From Thermoplasmata archaeon (lineage in GTDB: Archaea; Thermoplasmatota; Thermoplasmata; Halarchaeoplasmatales; Halarchaeoplasmataceae): 64,000 bases of DNA. Made by a program: the position numbers and the translations under genes. Shown piece after piece: positions 53,463 through 63,490 of the stretch (position 1 is the first letter of the stretch; each line of letters starts with the position of its first letter). Location: positions 937 to 64,936 of the forward strand of contig PUNG01000009.1 in the NCBI GenBank assembly GCA_003551675.1, given 5' to 3'. The notes under the pieces are model-generated. The model was not told the DNA's origin. It ran no database searches and saw only the letters and a list, made by a program, of their open reading frames with translations.

Positions 53463-54951
53463 CTATCCTCCATCTACCGCTGGATCTCCAAGGGGAGTGA
53501 GGATCGGACTCTTTGTATCTCACTACTTCTTTCCTCTTGGGATGCATGGAATCGTAAACCGCTAGGGCTATCAACGCATCGAGATCGAGTTCTTCTTTTA
53601 CGTCGGTCCAGTCCTGGAAATGATCCTCAAGGAAATGAGTTGTGATATCACCGCCTTTGAAGGCTTCGTGGGCGATGATCTCTTTTAAAAAGGGTATGTT
53701 GGTCTTTATACCTAGGACCGCATATCTAGAAAGTGCCCAGCACATCTTTTCTATACTGTCTGCTCTGTTCTCTCCCTTGACTATAAGTTTACCCACCATA
53801 GGATCGTAGTAGGGAGTCACTTCCATACCTTCTTCTATCCCTACGTCGTTCCTGACGTTGGGCCCTCTAGGGAGTTCGATCTTGTTCACCTCGCCGGTGC
53901 ACGGCAGGAAACCATTGGTGGGGTCCTCCGCGTAGATGCGGCACTCCATGGCATGCCCGTTGGGTCTTACATCTTCCTGTGATATGTCCATTTTTTTTCC
54001 GTTGGCTATCCTCAACTGCCACTTGGCCAGGTCTACACCCGTGATGGCTTCGGTTATAGGATGTTCCACTTGTAATCTTGTGTTCATCTCCAGAAAATAG
54101 TACTTGTGCTCGGAATCCACCATGAACTCTACGGTTCCAGCGTTCACGTATCCCACTGCATCCGCTGCGCGTACCGCCGCACTCCCCATCTCTTCCCTGA
54201 GTTCCTCGGTCATCATGGGCGAAGGGGTCTCCTCTATGATCTTCTGGTGCCTTCGCTGGATAGAGCATTCCCTCTCGTTTAGATGTATTATGTTCCCGTG
54301 CTCATCGGCTAGTATCTGAAATTCTATATGTCTCGGTTGGTCGAGGTATCTCTCAAGGAAAACCGATCCGTCACCGAAGGACGAAAGTGCCTCCCGCTTT
54401 GCGCTCTCTATCGAGTCACGAAGATCTTCTTTATCTCGTACTATCTTCATCCCCTTTCCACCACCACCTGATGTCGCTTTTACCATGAGCGGGAATCCTA
54501 TGTTTTTACCCTCTTCTATCAAGGTGTCCGTATCCTGTTTTGAACCATGATAGCCGGGTATCACTGGAACGTCCGCCTCTTTCATCAAGTTTTTGGCCTT
54601 GATCTTGTTACCCATATCTGCGATGACCTCCGCAGGGGGGCCTATGAACTTTATATCGACATCTCCACAACTCTTGGCGAAATCTGGGTTCTCCGCAAGA
54701 AAACCATAGCCTGGATGTATAGCGTCTGCATCCTTCGACATGGCGGCGTCGATGATCTTGGGGATGTTGAGATAACTTTCGGAGGGAGTCGGGTCTCCAA
54801 GATCGACGGACTCATCCGCTATACGTACGTTGGGTGCGTTTTTATCCACTTCTGAGTAAACGGCTACGGTCTTTATACCTCTCTCTTGACAGGCCTTTAT
54901 GATCCTCACCGCTATCTCACCCCTATTGGCGACTAGCACTTTTTCTATCAT
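53455..54951 (-). CDS. accC: biotin carboxylase
   Basis: It has an ATP-grasp domain, an N-terminal KVLVANRGEIA, and a BC C-terminal domain. Confidence 0.85.
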   Translation of the reverse strand: MIEKVLVANRGEIAVRIIKACQERGIKTVAVYSEVDKNAPNVRIADESVDLGDPTPSESYLNIPKIIDAAMSKDADAIHPGYGFLAENPDFAKSCGDVDIKFIGPPAEVIADMGNKIKAKNLMKEADVPVIPGYHGSKQDTDTLIEEGKNIGFPLMVKATSGGGGKGMKIVRDKEDLRDSIESAKREALSSFGDGSVFLERYLDQPRHIEFQILADEHGNIIHLNERECSIQRRHQKIIEETPSPMMTEELREEMGSAAVRAADAVGYVNAGTVEFMVDSEHKYYFLEMNTRLQVEHPITEAITGVDLAKWQLRIANGKKMDISQEDVRPNGHAMECRIYAEDPTNGFLPCTGEVNKIELPRGPNVRNDVGIEEGMEVTPYYDPMVGKLIVKGENRADSIEKMCWALSRYAVLGIKTNIPFLKEIIAHEAFKGGDITTHFLEDHFQDWTDVKEELDLDALIALAVYDSMHPKRKEVVRYKESDPHSPWRSSGRWRIGV

Positions 54952-55736
54952 CGATGATCACTCCACCTGGGTTTTCTTTTTTCCAGAAAAGCCTCGATCC
55001 CTTCTTGACCCTGGGAAGATACCCTGAGTTCGGCTATCTTTTTAACGGTGGACTCTTTGTATTCTTCTTCTCCCACTTCGTCGTACCTCTTCATCATCTC
55101 CTTTACTTCTTTCACCGCATGGGGAGACGATGACTGAATTTCCTCTATATATCTGGAGACTTCGTCGTCCAAGTCTTCAGAGCTCGCCACATAGTCTACC
55201 AAACCTATCTTTGAAGCGTAGGTGGAATCGAACATCTCTCCTGTGATGAACAATCTTTTCATGTTCGCCTCTCCTATCCTTTTTACAACGAAGGTGGATA
55301 TAACCGAGGGGATCAGCCCTAGATTTATCTCACCGAAGGAAAATTTTGCATCGGGTACGGCTATCACGATGTCGGATACGGCCATGAGTCCTATGCCTCC
55401 TCCAAAGGCATGCCCGTTCACCTTTGCTATGATGGGCTTTGGATAGTAATACATCGAGTCGTACAGTTCGAGCAGTATACTGCTGTCACGGATGTTCTCT
55501 TCTTCACTATAGTCTATCATGCTCTTCATCCAGTTGAGGTCGGCACCGGCTGAGAACGAACTACCTTCGCCGGTCAGCACGACACATCTAACTTCGGAGT
55601 TATCTTCGTATTCTCTGAAACATCTAGTCAATTCGTTCAACATGACTTTGTTCATAGCGTTGTGTACTTCAGGTCTATGGAGCGTTATAAAAAGAGTATT
55701 TTCTTTTATGTTCAGATCTACTGCCTCATAGGTCAT
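54948..55736 (-). CDS. enoyl-CoA hydratase/isomerase (methylglutaconyl-CoA hydratase-like)
   Basis: It has the crotonase-fold oxyanion-hole motifs (GEGSSFSAGADL, GHAFGGG). The start is at an internal ATG. Confidence 0.7.
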   Translation of the reverse strand: MTYEAVDLNIKENTLFITLHRPEVHNAMNKVMLNELTRCFREYEDNSEVRCVVLTGEGSSFSAGADLNWMKSMIDYSEEENIRDSSILLELYDSMYYYPKPIIAKVNGHAFGGGIGLMAVSDIVIAVPDAKFSFGEINLGLIPSVISTFVVKRIGEANMKRLFITGEMFDSTYASKIGLVDYVASSEDLDDEVSRYIEEIQSSSPHAVKEVKEMMKRYDEVGEEEYKESTVKKIAELRVSSQGQEGIEAFLEKRKPRWSDHR

Positions 55737-55834
55737 ATGGATTCTAAAAGAATCATGGGTACACATTAAATAAGCTTTTCTCCCATGCATCGGCTATGTT
55801 GTTCGAGGGGAAACAATTAATAATATAATCTAAA

Positions 55835-57094
55835 ATGCAGTATCACATGCGATGTCCACGTTGTGACCTGGAGATGGAAAACGGTAGATGTGATGTCTGC
55901 GGCTACAATGACCCGAAGATATCATCTACCCCAGATACTACCGTTTCGAGTAAAGACGTTGTCAAACACGTCGCTACCACGGCGGCGGTTTTGACCTTTC
56001 TGGGTCTTCTATTCTTGAATACGGCGCTGACCATCTTGTCCGTAGAAATGGTGCTTCCAGAGACTTTGACCGGTTCCGGTGTGATCTTCATCGTTTTTCC
56101 TATCCCTATAGGTATAATCGAGTTGAGTGGATATTCATTTTCTGCATATTACCTATTTTTGGTAGCGGCCATACTGGTCTCATTGGTGGTGATATTTTAC
56201 AAAGGGCTGGAAGATCTTTATCTATACCTCAAAGAGGTGTTTACAGGAAAATTCAAAGAGGTGAAAGAGAACGATAGGCTGGGCTCTCCCATATTGAGGT
56301 TGGTATCCATATTTACCGCTCTTCTCTTCATCACCATGATTTACTACCTAGGTTTAGAGATGATGGGTCTCAGCCCTTCCGTATCACCGATAGAGGATTA
56401 CGATCTATGGGAGAGATTATATTCACTGACTCAAGCGGTGGTATGGGAAGAGATAGTGGTGCGGGTGGTATTCATCGGTATACCCATGGCGGTGTATGCT
56501 GCTGGTAAAGGTAAGGAAAAACTTAGTCGATACGTCCTTGGAGGCTTTGGATTCGAGTACAGAGTGGCGGTGGTATGGATATTGATATCTTCAGTCATAT
56601 TTGCGCTTGCGCATCTTCCCGCCTGGGACCTTTTAAAGATGTTTCCCACGTTCATCGCTGGATTGGCCTTCGGATACCTTTTCGTAAAGAACGGACTCTA
56701 TTCCGCTATACTTCTCCACTTCTTTTGGAATTTTATGTCCGTACCGGATATGATGACGGACATGGATAACTACCTTGCTTTTCTTTCCTGGTTGACGGTG
56801 TTTTGGATGATTGTAGGTGCCTATTACACCTATCACTACACTAAAAAAGTGGCCACATGGGTTCAGAAAAAACCCAGGAAGAAAGCTGAACCTATCAGAA
56901 AAAAACCTGTGGAACGTACCGCGGGAGTGAGCGTAGGCTATGTTTGCCAGGGATGCGGTTTCGACAAAGCGTTATACACTGGCGAAGGAAAAGTTAAGTG
57001 CAAGAGGTGCGGGAACGAAAGCGAGGCAAAAACCGATCGTCCTCCCGGGTATGACGACAAATTATCACGTAACAGAGAATGGCCTCCGTCGTGA
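55835..57094 (+). CDS. CPBP-family (CAAX/Abi-like) intramembrane protease flanked by N- and C-terminal Zn-ribbons
   Basis: It has the EEIVVR, FALAHL and HFFWN motifs in a multi-TM core, with CPRCD...CDVCG at the N-terminus and CQGCG...CKRCG at the C-terminus. Confidence 0.65.
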   Translation: MQYHMRCPRCDLEMENGRCDVCGYNDPKISSTPDTTVSSKDVVKHVATTAAVLTFLGLLFLNTALTILSVEMVLPETLTGSGVIFIVFPIPIGIIELSGYSFSAYYLFLVAAILVSLVVIFYKGLEDLYLYLKEVFTGKFKEVKENDRLGSPILRLVSIFTALLFITMIYYLGLEMMGLSPSVSPIEDYDLWERLYSLTQAVVWEEIVVRVVFIGIPMAVYAAGKGKEKLSRYVLGGFGFEYRVAVVWILISSVIFALAHLPAWDLLKMFPTFIAGLAFGYLFVKNGLYSAILLHFFWNFMSVPDMMTDMDNYLAFLSWLTVFWMIVGAYYTYHYTKKVATWVQKKPRKKAEPIRKKPVERTAGVSVGYVCQGCGFDKALYTGEGKVKCKRCGNESEAKTDRPPGYDDKLSRNREWPPS

Positions 57095-57143
57095 AGACTT
57101 CGAAAAGTTTTATATCACCTCCCTTTCTGCCGGAATCGATAGG

Positions 57144-57353
57144 ATGACTAAGAAGATCATAAAGATCGACAGGGACCTTTGCAAAGGTTGCGGTATATGT
57201 ATCGAATACTGTCCAAAGGATGTTTTGGTGGGATCGGACGACCTGAACAGATACGATAATCACTTTCCTGAAGTTCTTTGTGCCCAACGGTGTATACTGT
57301 GTAGGAGATGCGAGCTCTACTGCCCGGACTTTGCCATAGAGGTGGAAGGATGA
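57144..57353 (+). CDS. 2-oxoacid:ferredoxin oxidoreductase delta subunit (2x[4Fe-4S] ferredoxin)
   Basis: It has CKGCGICIEYCP and CILCRRCELYCP. The true start is ATG 57144. Its stop overlaps the alpha-subunit start. Confidence 0.75.
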   Translation: MTKKIIKIDRDLCKGCGICIEYCPKDVLVGSDDLNRYDNHFPEVLCAQRCILCRRCELYCPDFAIEVEG

Positions 57354-58465
57354 TGGACGCTGGGGAGTATTTTCTCGAAGGGAACATAGCATGTGCCGAG
57401 GCCGCCATGAAGGCGGGATGCTTGTTTTACGCCGGCTACCCCATAACGCCGGCTTCCGAGGTGATGAACCACCTTTCCAAAGAACTTCCTAAAGTGGGCG
57501 GTAGGTTCGTTCAGATGGAAGACGAGATAGCTAGTATAGCTTCCGTTATCGGTTCTTCGTGGACCGGTTTGAAATCCATGACCGCAACGTCGGGACCCGG
57601 TTTTTCATTGATGCAGGAAAATTTAGGTTACGCGGTGATGACGGAAACGCCCTGCGTGGTGGTGAACGTTCAGAGGGCCGGACCTTCCACGGGTCAAGCT
57701 ACAAAGCCCGGTACCGGGGACGTCATGCAGGCGCGCTTCGGCAGTCAGGGCGATTATGAGATAATAGCTCTGTCGCCCAATTCGGTACAGGAGATGTTCG
57801 ATCTTACGGTCAGGTCTTTCGCTCTCTCGGAAAGGTATAGGGTACCGGTTATTCTTTTGGCCGATGCAGGAGTGGGACACATGAGGGAGAGGGTGAAGAT
57901 ACCCGAGGAGGTGGAGATAGTGGATAGAAAGAAGCCTTCTTCTGGGGAGAAGGAGTTTTTCGATACCAGTGAAGAGGACCACGTACCTCCCATGCCCAAC
58001 TTTGGAGAAGGTCACGAACTATTGGTTACCGGTTCGACGCATCTCGGAGACGGTTCTAGGGATACCGCGAGCTTTTCCGCTCAAGACAGGTTGGTCAGAA
58101 GGTTAGTGGCCAAGATAGAAGACAACAAGAGAGACATAGAAGATTGGGAAGAGCGGGATGCAGATGCGGAGCTCGTGGTGGTATCTTACGGATCCATGTC
58201 CAGACCGGCGAGAGGAGCGGTAAAGAAGGCCAGGGAGAAAGGTCACGATGTAGGATTTTTCAGGCCTAAAACCATGTGGCCCAGTCCGGAGGAAAGGTTG
58301 AAAGAGATCGGTGAAGGCTCAAAAGTACTGTTAGCGGAACTCTCTTTGAGAGGTTACAGGATGGAAGTCGAAAGGTGCGTCGACGATCTTTACGTCTACG
58401 ATAGGTTGAATTCTCTTCCCACGGTGGATGAAGTTTACGAAAAGATCCTGGAGGTGTTAAGATGA
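57350..58465 (+). CDS. 2-oxoacid:ferredoxin oxidoreductase alpha subunit
   Basis: Its N-terminus GNIACAEAAMKAGCLFYAGYPITPASE is typical of Por/Vor/Kor alpha. Confidence 0.8.
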   Translation: MMDAGEYFLEGNIACAEAAMKAGCLFYAGYPITPASEVMNHLSKELPKVGGRFVQMEDEIASIASVIGSSWTGLKSMTATSGPGFSLMQENLGYAVMTETPCVVVNVQRAGPSTGQATKPGTGDVMQARFGSQGDYEIIALSPNSVQEMFDLTVRSFALSERYRVPVILLADAGVGHMRERVKIPEEVEIVDRKKPSSGEKEFFDTSEEDHVPPMPNFGEGHELLVTGSTHLGDGSRDTASFSAQDRLVRRLVAKIEDNKRDIEDWEERDADAELVVVSYGSMSRPARGAVKKAREKGHDVGFFRPKTMWPSPEERLKEIGEGSKVLLAELSLRGYRMEVERCVDDLYVYDRLNSLPTVDEVYEKILEVLR

Positions 58466-59253
58466 TAACTGCGGCGGAGATAAAAGAGAAGTACGTTAGA
58501 AACCATCCTTCTCCCTTCTGCCCCGGATGCGGAGGAGGCATGGTATTGAACGCCATGTCCAGGGCAGTGGAGAGGAGTGATGTAGAAAAAGAAGACATCG
58601 TGGCTGTTAGCGGTATAGGTTGTGCCGCCTGGATACCTTCACCGCACTGGAGGGTCGACACTCTACATACGACTCATGGAAGGGCCATCCCCTTCGCCTC
58701 GGGAGTGAAGATAGCTAACAGAGACCTAGAGGTCATGGTGGTCTCAGGCGACGGCGACTGCGCCGGTATCGGCGGCAATCATCTACTGCACGGTGCTCGC
58801 AACAACATCGACTTGAACGTTTTGATGGTGAACAACGGACTTTACGCCATGACAGGAGGACAGGTGGCGCCTACCACGGAGCACGGCGAGAGAACTCTGA
58901 CCACGCCTCACGGTAATCCAGCATCCAGCTTTGAGGTTGCAGAAGTCGTTAAGGCCGCCGGCGCATCACACGTGGCTCGATGGACCACTTACCATATGAA
59001 AGAACTGATCGCCGAGGTCGAGAAGGCCATGGAGACGGACGGTTTTTCCTTCATCGAGATCATGACACAATGTCCTACCAGGAAGGGAAAGAAGCAGGGG
59101 ATGGACGGCATAGATATGCTCGCATGGTATAAAGAGAATACCAGTAAGGATAAGGAAAGCGACAAGATGTTCGTCGGTACGTTGTGCGATGTAGAAAAGC
59201 CGGAGTTGGTAGGATCTATCTACAGGCAGATAGATGAGTTAGGAGGTGTATGA
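58462..59253 (+). CDS. 2-oxoacid:ferredoxin oxidoreductase beta subunit (TPP-binding)
   Basis: It has the GDGDCAGIGGNH TPP motif and a CPGCG cluster. Confidence 0.8.
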   Translation: MITAAEIKEKYVRNHPSPFCPGCGGGMVLNAMSRAVERSDVEKEDIVAVSGIGCAAWIPSPHWRVDTLHTTHGRAIPFASGVKIANRDLEVMVVSGDGDCAGIGGNHLLHGARNNIDLNVLMVNNGLYAMTGGQVAPTTEHGERTLTTPHGNPASSFEVAEVVKAAGASHVARWTTYHMKELIAEVEKAMETDGFSFIEIMTQCPTRKGKKQGMDGIDMLAWYKENTSKDKESDKMFVGTLCDVEKPELVGSIYRQIDELGGV

Positions 59254-59788
59254 TATGATGAAGATACGCATAGGAGGATGGGCCGGACAGGGCACGGTTC
59301 GAGCCGGTACCATACTCGGTAAGTCACTGGCTCTGGAACAGGGTTATCACGTTGTACAGCAGCGTTCCTATTCCGCCGCGGTGAGGAGCGGTATAGCTTA
59401 CTCCGACGTGGTGGTGGACCATGAAGGATTGGACGAACTGGTCATCGAGTGCCCCGATCACCTTCTAGTCCTTTATCAAGATACTCTGGATCAGTGGGAA
59501 GAGATGGCCTCGAAGGTGGAACACTTGATAGTGGACAGTTCTAGGGTAGGTAGGGTTGAAAAAACGTCCGGCAGGGTTTACAAAGTACCTGCGGGACGCA
59601 TAGCTGAAAACATAGCGACTTCCAAAGCCGCCAACGTCGTTCTTTTGGGTGCTCTCGCCGGAGTATCTGCGGAGGTGGATCTGAACTGCCTTGAAAAGAC
59701 GGTCAAGAAGGAATTCCCCGAGAAGTACGTGGATATCAACGTCGAGGCATTGAAAAAGGGGTACGAAGCGGTTCTCGAAAAGCGATAA
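59246..59788 (+). CDS. 2-oxoacid:ferredoxin oxidoreductase gamma subunit
   Basis: It has the IGGWAGQGTVRAGTILG motif. Confidence 0.75.
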   Translation: MYDMMKIRIGGWAGQGTVRAGTILGKSLALEQGYHVVQQRSYSAAVRSGIAYSDVVVDHEGLDELVIECPDHLLVLYQDTLDQWEEMASKVEHLIVDSSRVGRVEKTSGRVYKVPAGRIAENIATSKAANVVLLGALAGVSAEVDLNCLEKTVKKEFPEKYVDINVEALKKGYEAVLEKR

Positions 59789-59809
59789 ATTAAAATGTGA
59801 TGAGATTTT

Positions 59810-60181
59810 TTGTATGATATGGACCCGGAAAACATGGCGATAGAGGATAGCAAGCACTGGCACTTCAGAGAGAAGGCACATTCTCCGAATTTTAAGGCCC
59901 TTTGGAAACATATGAGTACAAAAGGAAATCCCTCCGGATATTATCTTTTCATGGTGGAAAGGGATGAGATAGTCCAGAAAAACGAGGAAGAGGGACAGAC
60001 TAAACTTCCCATGGGCGATAACAAAAACATAGAACTGATTTTGATACGGTCGAAACCCAAGGAGAAGAACAAGGAACGCGTCATAACAAAAGAACTGAAA
60101 GACAAGAACGAAGCCATCGAAGAGGCGAAAAACTGGATGGACGAATTCATCTACATAAAGAACCTGGAAAAGACCTTTTAA
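59810..60181 (+). CDS. hypothetical protein
   Basis: The 123-aa product has no recognisable motifs. Confidence 0.35.
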   Translation: MYDMDPENMAIEDSKHWHFREKAHSPNFKALWKHMSTKGNPSGYYLFMVERDEIVQKNEEEGQTKLPMGDNKNIELILIRSKPKEKNKERVITKELKDKNEAIEEAKNWMDEFIYIKNLEKTF

Positions 60182-60306
60182 GAGTGCACGTGTGAACATA
60201 TATACCCTGGGCGATTTGAAAATCAGGCAAAAACATTTATAGAGGGAGTTTTCCTTTATAAAGGACAAAAAATTTTATATAGATATACCATCGATGATTA
60301 CCATAC

Positions 60307-60525
60307 TTGAAGGAGGCTAAGAGGAAGGTTTCGATGGAAAAAAAGGTCATGTCATGTCCGTACTGTGATGAAAAAGCAGTACATAAAAAGAAGGAAGGGC
60401 TGAAAGCCAGCGTCTGGAAATGTGATGAGTGTTATTCAGTCACCATAATAAGTCCAAAATCATATTCTAATTCTAAGCGAGCCATCGAAAAGAGACTAAA
60501 AGAGTTAGAGGAGTCCGTGGTTTGA
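60307..60525 (+). CDS. small Zn-ribbon protein
   Basis: It has CPYCD...CDEC and a GGAGG-like RBS upstream. Confidence 0.4.
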   Translation: MKEAKRKVSMEKKVMSCPYCDEKAVHKKKEGLKASVWKCDECYSVTIISPKSYSNSKRAIEKRLKELEESVV

Positions 60526-60803
60526 TACACGTCGAAAACAGGTGATCTTTTTGCGAGATAGTGATCAACAGGGTTTTAAGCATATTTATTTCTCTACAGG
60601 ATTCCAGTATCTTTGAGAGCGTGGTAATCACTAAATATCAGTTCACATTATGAATGTAGTACTAGGTTGAGTGTAACAAAGCTTATGGACGATCGTTGTC
60701 TAGCTCGCCGGTTTGGACCGAGCCTTACTGGCTGTGAGGATAGGACCGGAGGGAAGAGAGTATGGTCTGTCGCTTTGGAGCAAATATTCAAAGAGATGAT
60801 AAC

Positions 60804-61415
60804 ATGTCAGAAGAAGAGAAAAAATATTACAACCACCCGACTTCTACCGTCGAAGAGGGTGCAGATATAGGAAGGAATACGAGGATATGGCATTACGCCC
60901 ACGTTAGAGAGAAAGCTGTCATAGGCGATGGTTGTAATCTGGGAAAGGACGTTTACATCGATACTGATGTAGAGATAGGGAACAACGTGAAGATCCAGAA
61001 CGGAGTCAGCGTCTATCAAGGCGTTAAAGTGGGCGACAATGTTTTCCTGGGACCGCATATGACTTTCACCAACGATTCTTATCCCCGAGCGGAGGGAAAT
61101 TGGGAGATCGTGGATACCATGGTGGAAGACGGCGTTTCCATCGGGGCTCATGCAACGATTCTATCCGGTATAACGTTGGGTAAATACTGTATGGTGGGTG
61201 CCGGGGCCGTGGTTACAAAAGACGTGCCCGCATATGCCCTCGTTTACGGAAATCCCGCCGTTGTGCGAGGATTCATCTGTTCCTGTGGTAAAAAACTCCA
61301 GGATTCGGATGAAGTCTACCAGGACATGAGCAAAGTCCTTTTCCGATGTCCCGAATGTAAAGAAGAGCTGAAGATCAAAAAAGAAGTATATGATAGATAC
61401 AAGGAAGAAAAATAA
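60804..61415 (+). CDS. hexapeptide-repeat sugar N-acetyltransferase (WbpD/PglD-like) with C-terminal Zn-ribbon
   Basis: It has left-handed beta-helix repeats (IGDGCNLGKDVYID, IGNNVKIQNGV...) and C-terminal CSCG...CPEC. The start is at the internal ATG. Confidence 0.65.
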   Translation: MSEEEKKYYNHPTSTVEEGADIGRNTRIWHYAHVREKAVIGDGCNLGKDVYIDTDVEIGNNVKIQNGVSVYQGVKVGDNVFLGPHMTFTNDSYPRAEGNWEIVDTMVEDGVSIGAHATILSGITLGKYCMVGAGAVVTKDVPAYALVYGNPAVVRGFICSCGKKLQDSDEVYQDMSKVLFRCPECKEELKIKKEVYDRYKEEK

Positions 61416-61443
61416 AAAAACATTATATTATGGAGGTAAAAAT

Positions 61444-62532
61444 ATGGTAAATATAGCGAATCCGATAATCGGTGAAGAAGAGTTAGAAGGGATCAAAGAA
61501 GTGTTGAACAGCGGGATGTTAGCCCAGGGCGAAGTCGTGGCCAAGTTCGAAAAAGAGTTTTCTGATTACCTGGGTGTTGAACATTCTAAAGCCGTGTCCA
61601 ACGGTACTGCTGCTCTAGATGTTGCGTTGAAAGCTATAGGCGTAGGAAAAGGTGACGAAGTCATCACTTCTCCGTTTTCTTTCATAGCCTCTTCTAATTG
61701 TATCCTATTTCAGGGAGCCAAACCGGTCTTTGCCGACGTGAAGAAAGAAACTTTCAATCTAGATCCTGAAAAGGTAGAGGAGAAGATAACTAGCGATACT
61801 AAGGCAATCCTTCCCGTACACCTATTCGGCCAGCCCGCCGAGATGGACGCTTTTATGGATATAGCGGAAGACCACGATCTGTATCTGATAGAAGACTGCG
61901 CCCAGGCCCACGGTGCGGAATATGATGGCAAAAAAGTAGGAGGTTTTGGGGATATAGGGACTTTCAGTTTTTACCCTACCAAGAACATGACCACCGGAGA
62001 GGGCGGCATAGTGGTATCAGATTCTGAGGAGCTGTCTGAAAGGGCGGACTTGATAAGAGACCACGGTCAGAGCAAGAAGTACACTCACGATATACTGGGT
62101 TACAATCTTAGGATGACTAACTTGGCCGCGGCCATAGGAAGGGCTCAACTCAAACGATTAGATGATTGGAACGAGAAAAGGAGGAAGAACGCGTATAAGT
62201 TGACTTCAGGTATCGAAGATATAGATGGTTTGGTACCTCCCGCGGTGGCCGACGGTGTGAAACACGTTTTCCACCAGTACGTCGTGAAGGTCGAAAACGA
62301 CTATCCTTTAGGGAAAGAAGGATTGAGAGAGAAGTTACATGAAAATGATATAGGTACTGCTGTACATTACCCGAAGATCATAACCGATCAGCCGCTGTAT
62401 AGAGAGAACGGTTACGATGGTGGGCAGTATAAAAATGCCAAGGGATGTGCTGAAAAAGTTTTTAGCCTTCCTATCCATCCTACAGTATCTGAAAAAGATA
62501 TAGAAGATATGCTGGAAGTTATGGAGGTATGA
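61444..62532 (+). CDS. DegT/DnrJ/EryC1/StrS-family PLP-dependent sugar aminotransferase (WbpE-like)
   Basis: It has the fold-type I aminotransferase motifs and a conserved Lys region (FSFYPTKNMTTGEGG). Confidence 0.75.
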   Translation: MVNIANPIIGEEELEGIKEVLNSGMLAQGEVVAKFEKEFSDYLGVEHSKAVSNGTAALDVALKAIGVGKGDEVITSPFSFIASSNCILFQGAKPVFADVKKETFNLDPEKVEEKITSDTKAILPVHLFGQPAEMDAFMDIAEDHDLYLIEDCAQAHGAEYDGKKVGGFGDIGTFSFYPTKNMTTGEGGIVVSDSEELSERADLIRDHGQSKKYTHDILGYNLRMTNLAAAIGRAQLKRLDDWNEKRRKNAYKLTSGIEDIDGLVPPAVADGVKHVFHQYVVKVENDYPLGKEGLREKLHENDIGTAVHYPKIITDQPLYRENGYDGGQYKNAKGCAEKVFSLPIHPTVSEKDIEDMLEVMEV

Positions 62533-63488
62533 ATATGATGAAAGTAGGAGTAGTAGGCGTGGGCATGATGGGACAGCACCACGCTAGAGTTTATTCTGAA
62601 CTGTCCGATGATTTCGACCTGGAACTCGTAGGTATAGCCGACAAAGATATCGACCGTGCACGTGAGATAGCCGAAAAACACGGTTACGCTGGCGTATACG
62701 AAGATCACAAAGAGTTGGCTGAAGAAGGATTGGACGCTTTGACCATCGCGGTTCCGACCTCTCTTCACAAAGATGTTGCGTTGGATTTTATAGAGAAAGG
62801 AACCAATGTTCTGGTGGAGAAGCCTATAGCCGACACTGTGAAGAACGCTGAAGAGATAATCGAGGCGGCTAAAAAGAACGATGTTACCCTTTCGGTTGGT
62901 CACATAGAGAGGTACAACCCTTCGGTCTTGAAGTTGAAAGAAGTGATCGACGACGGTATGCTTGGAAATGTGATGTCTATAAGCGGTAAGAGAGTCGGTC
63001 CTCTAGCTATCAGGATCCGAGACGTCGGTATAATCATAGACCTAGCGGTTCACGAATTAGACATCATAAGCTATCTTTTCGATGAAAGGATCAAAAAGGT
63101 GACGGCTAAAGCTGGAAATGCGAAGCACCCTGCCCAGGTAGAAGATTATGCACAGATCATGGTGGATTTCAACGACGGAAGAACGGGCATAGTGGAGACC
63201 AATTGGCTGACACCGCACAAAACCAGGAAGTTGAGCGTCGTCGGTACTAAAGGTATAGCTTACTTAGATTACATAGATCAGTCACTGGTGGTACACGACA
63301 CCGACTGGGAGCAGAATTACAAGATACAGGAAAAAGAGCCGTTGAAAAACGAACTCGAAGACTTTTTGGACTGCTGTTTGAACGGTGGTAAGCCTTGTGT
63401 TACCGGCGAAGACGGTGTCCACGTTTTGAGAGCGGCCCGATCTGCTAAAAAAAGTTCCGAAAAAGATCAGAAAGTGAAGGTCGAATAG
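62529..63488 (+). CDS. Gfo/Idh/MocA-family NAD-dependent sugar oxidoreductase (WbpB-like)
   Basis: It has the N-terminal Rossmann motif VGVVGVGMMG. Confidence 0.7.
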   Translation: MNMMKVGVVGVGMMGQHHARVYSELSDDFDLELVGIADKDIDRAREIAEKHGYAGVYEDHKELAEEGLDALTIAVPTSLHKDVALDFIEKGTNVLVEKPIADTVKNAEEIIEAAKKNDVTLSVGHIERYNPSVLKLKEVIDDGMLGNVMSISGKRVGPLAIRIRDVGIIIDLAVHELDIISYLFDERIKKVTAKAGNAKHPAQVEDYAQIMVDFNDGRTGIVETNWLTPHKTRKLSVVGTKGIAYLDYIDQSLVVHDTDWEQNYKIQEKEPLKNELEDFLDCCLNGGKPCVTGEDGVHVLRAARSAKKSSEKDQKVKVE

Positions 63489-63490
63489 TC

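Noticed and set aside
56940-57143. 68-aa N-terminal extension of the ferredoxin (delta subunit) ORF
   Set aside because: It overlaps the C-terminus of the CPBP protease gene. The ferredoxin domain starts at ATG 57144.
60667-60870. 67-aa ORF in the intergenic region upstream of the acetyltransferase
   Set aside because: It has no motifs and overlaps the likely promoter/5' region and the start of the acetyltransferase. It is probably spurious. The region (60526-60800) is the only sizeable non-coding stretch and may hold promoter elements, but I could not support an RNA gene there.
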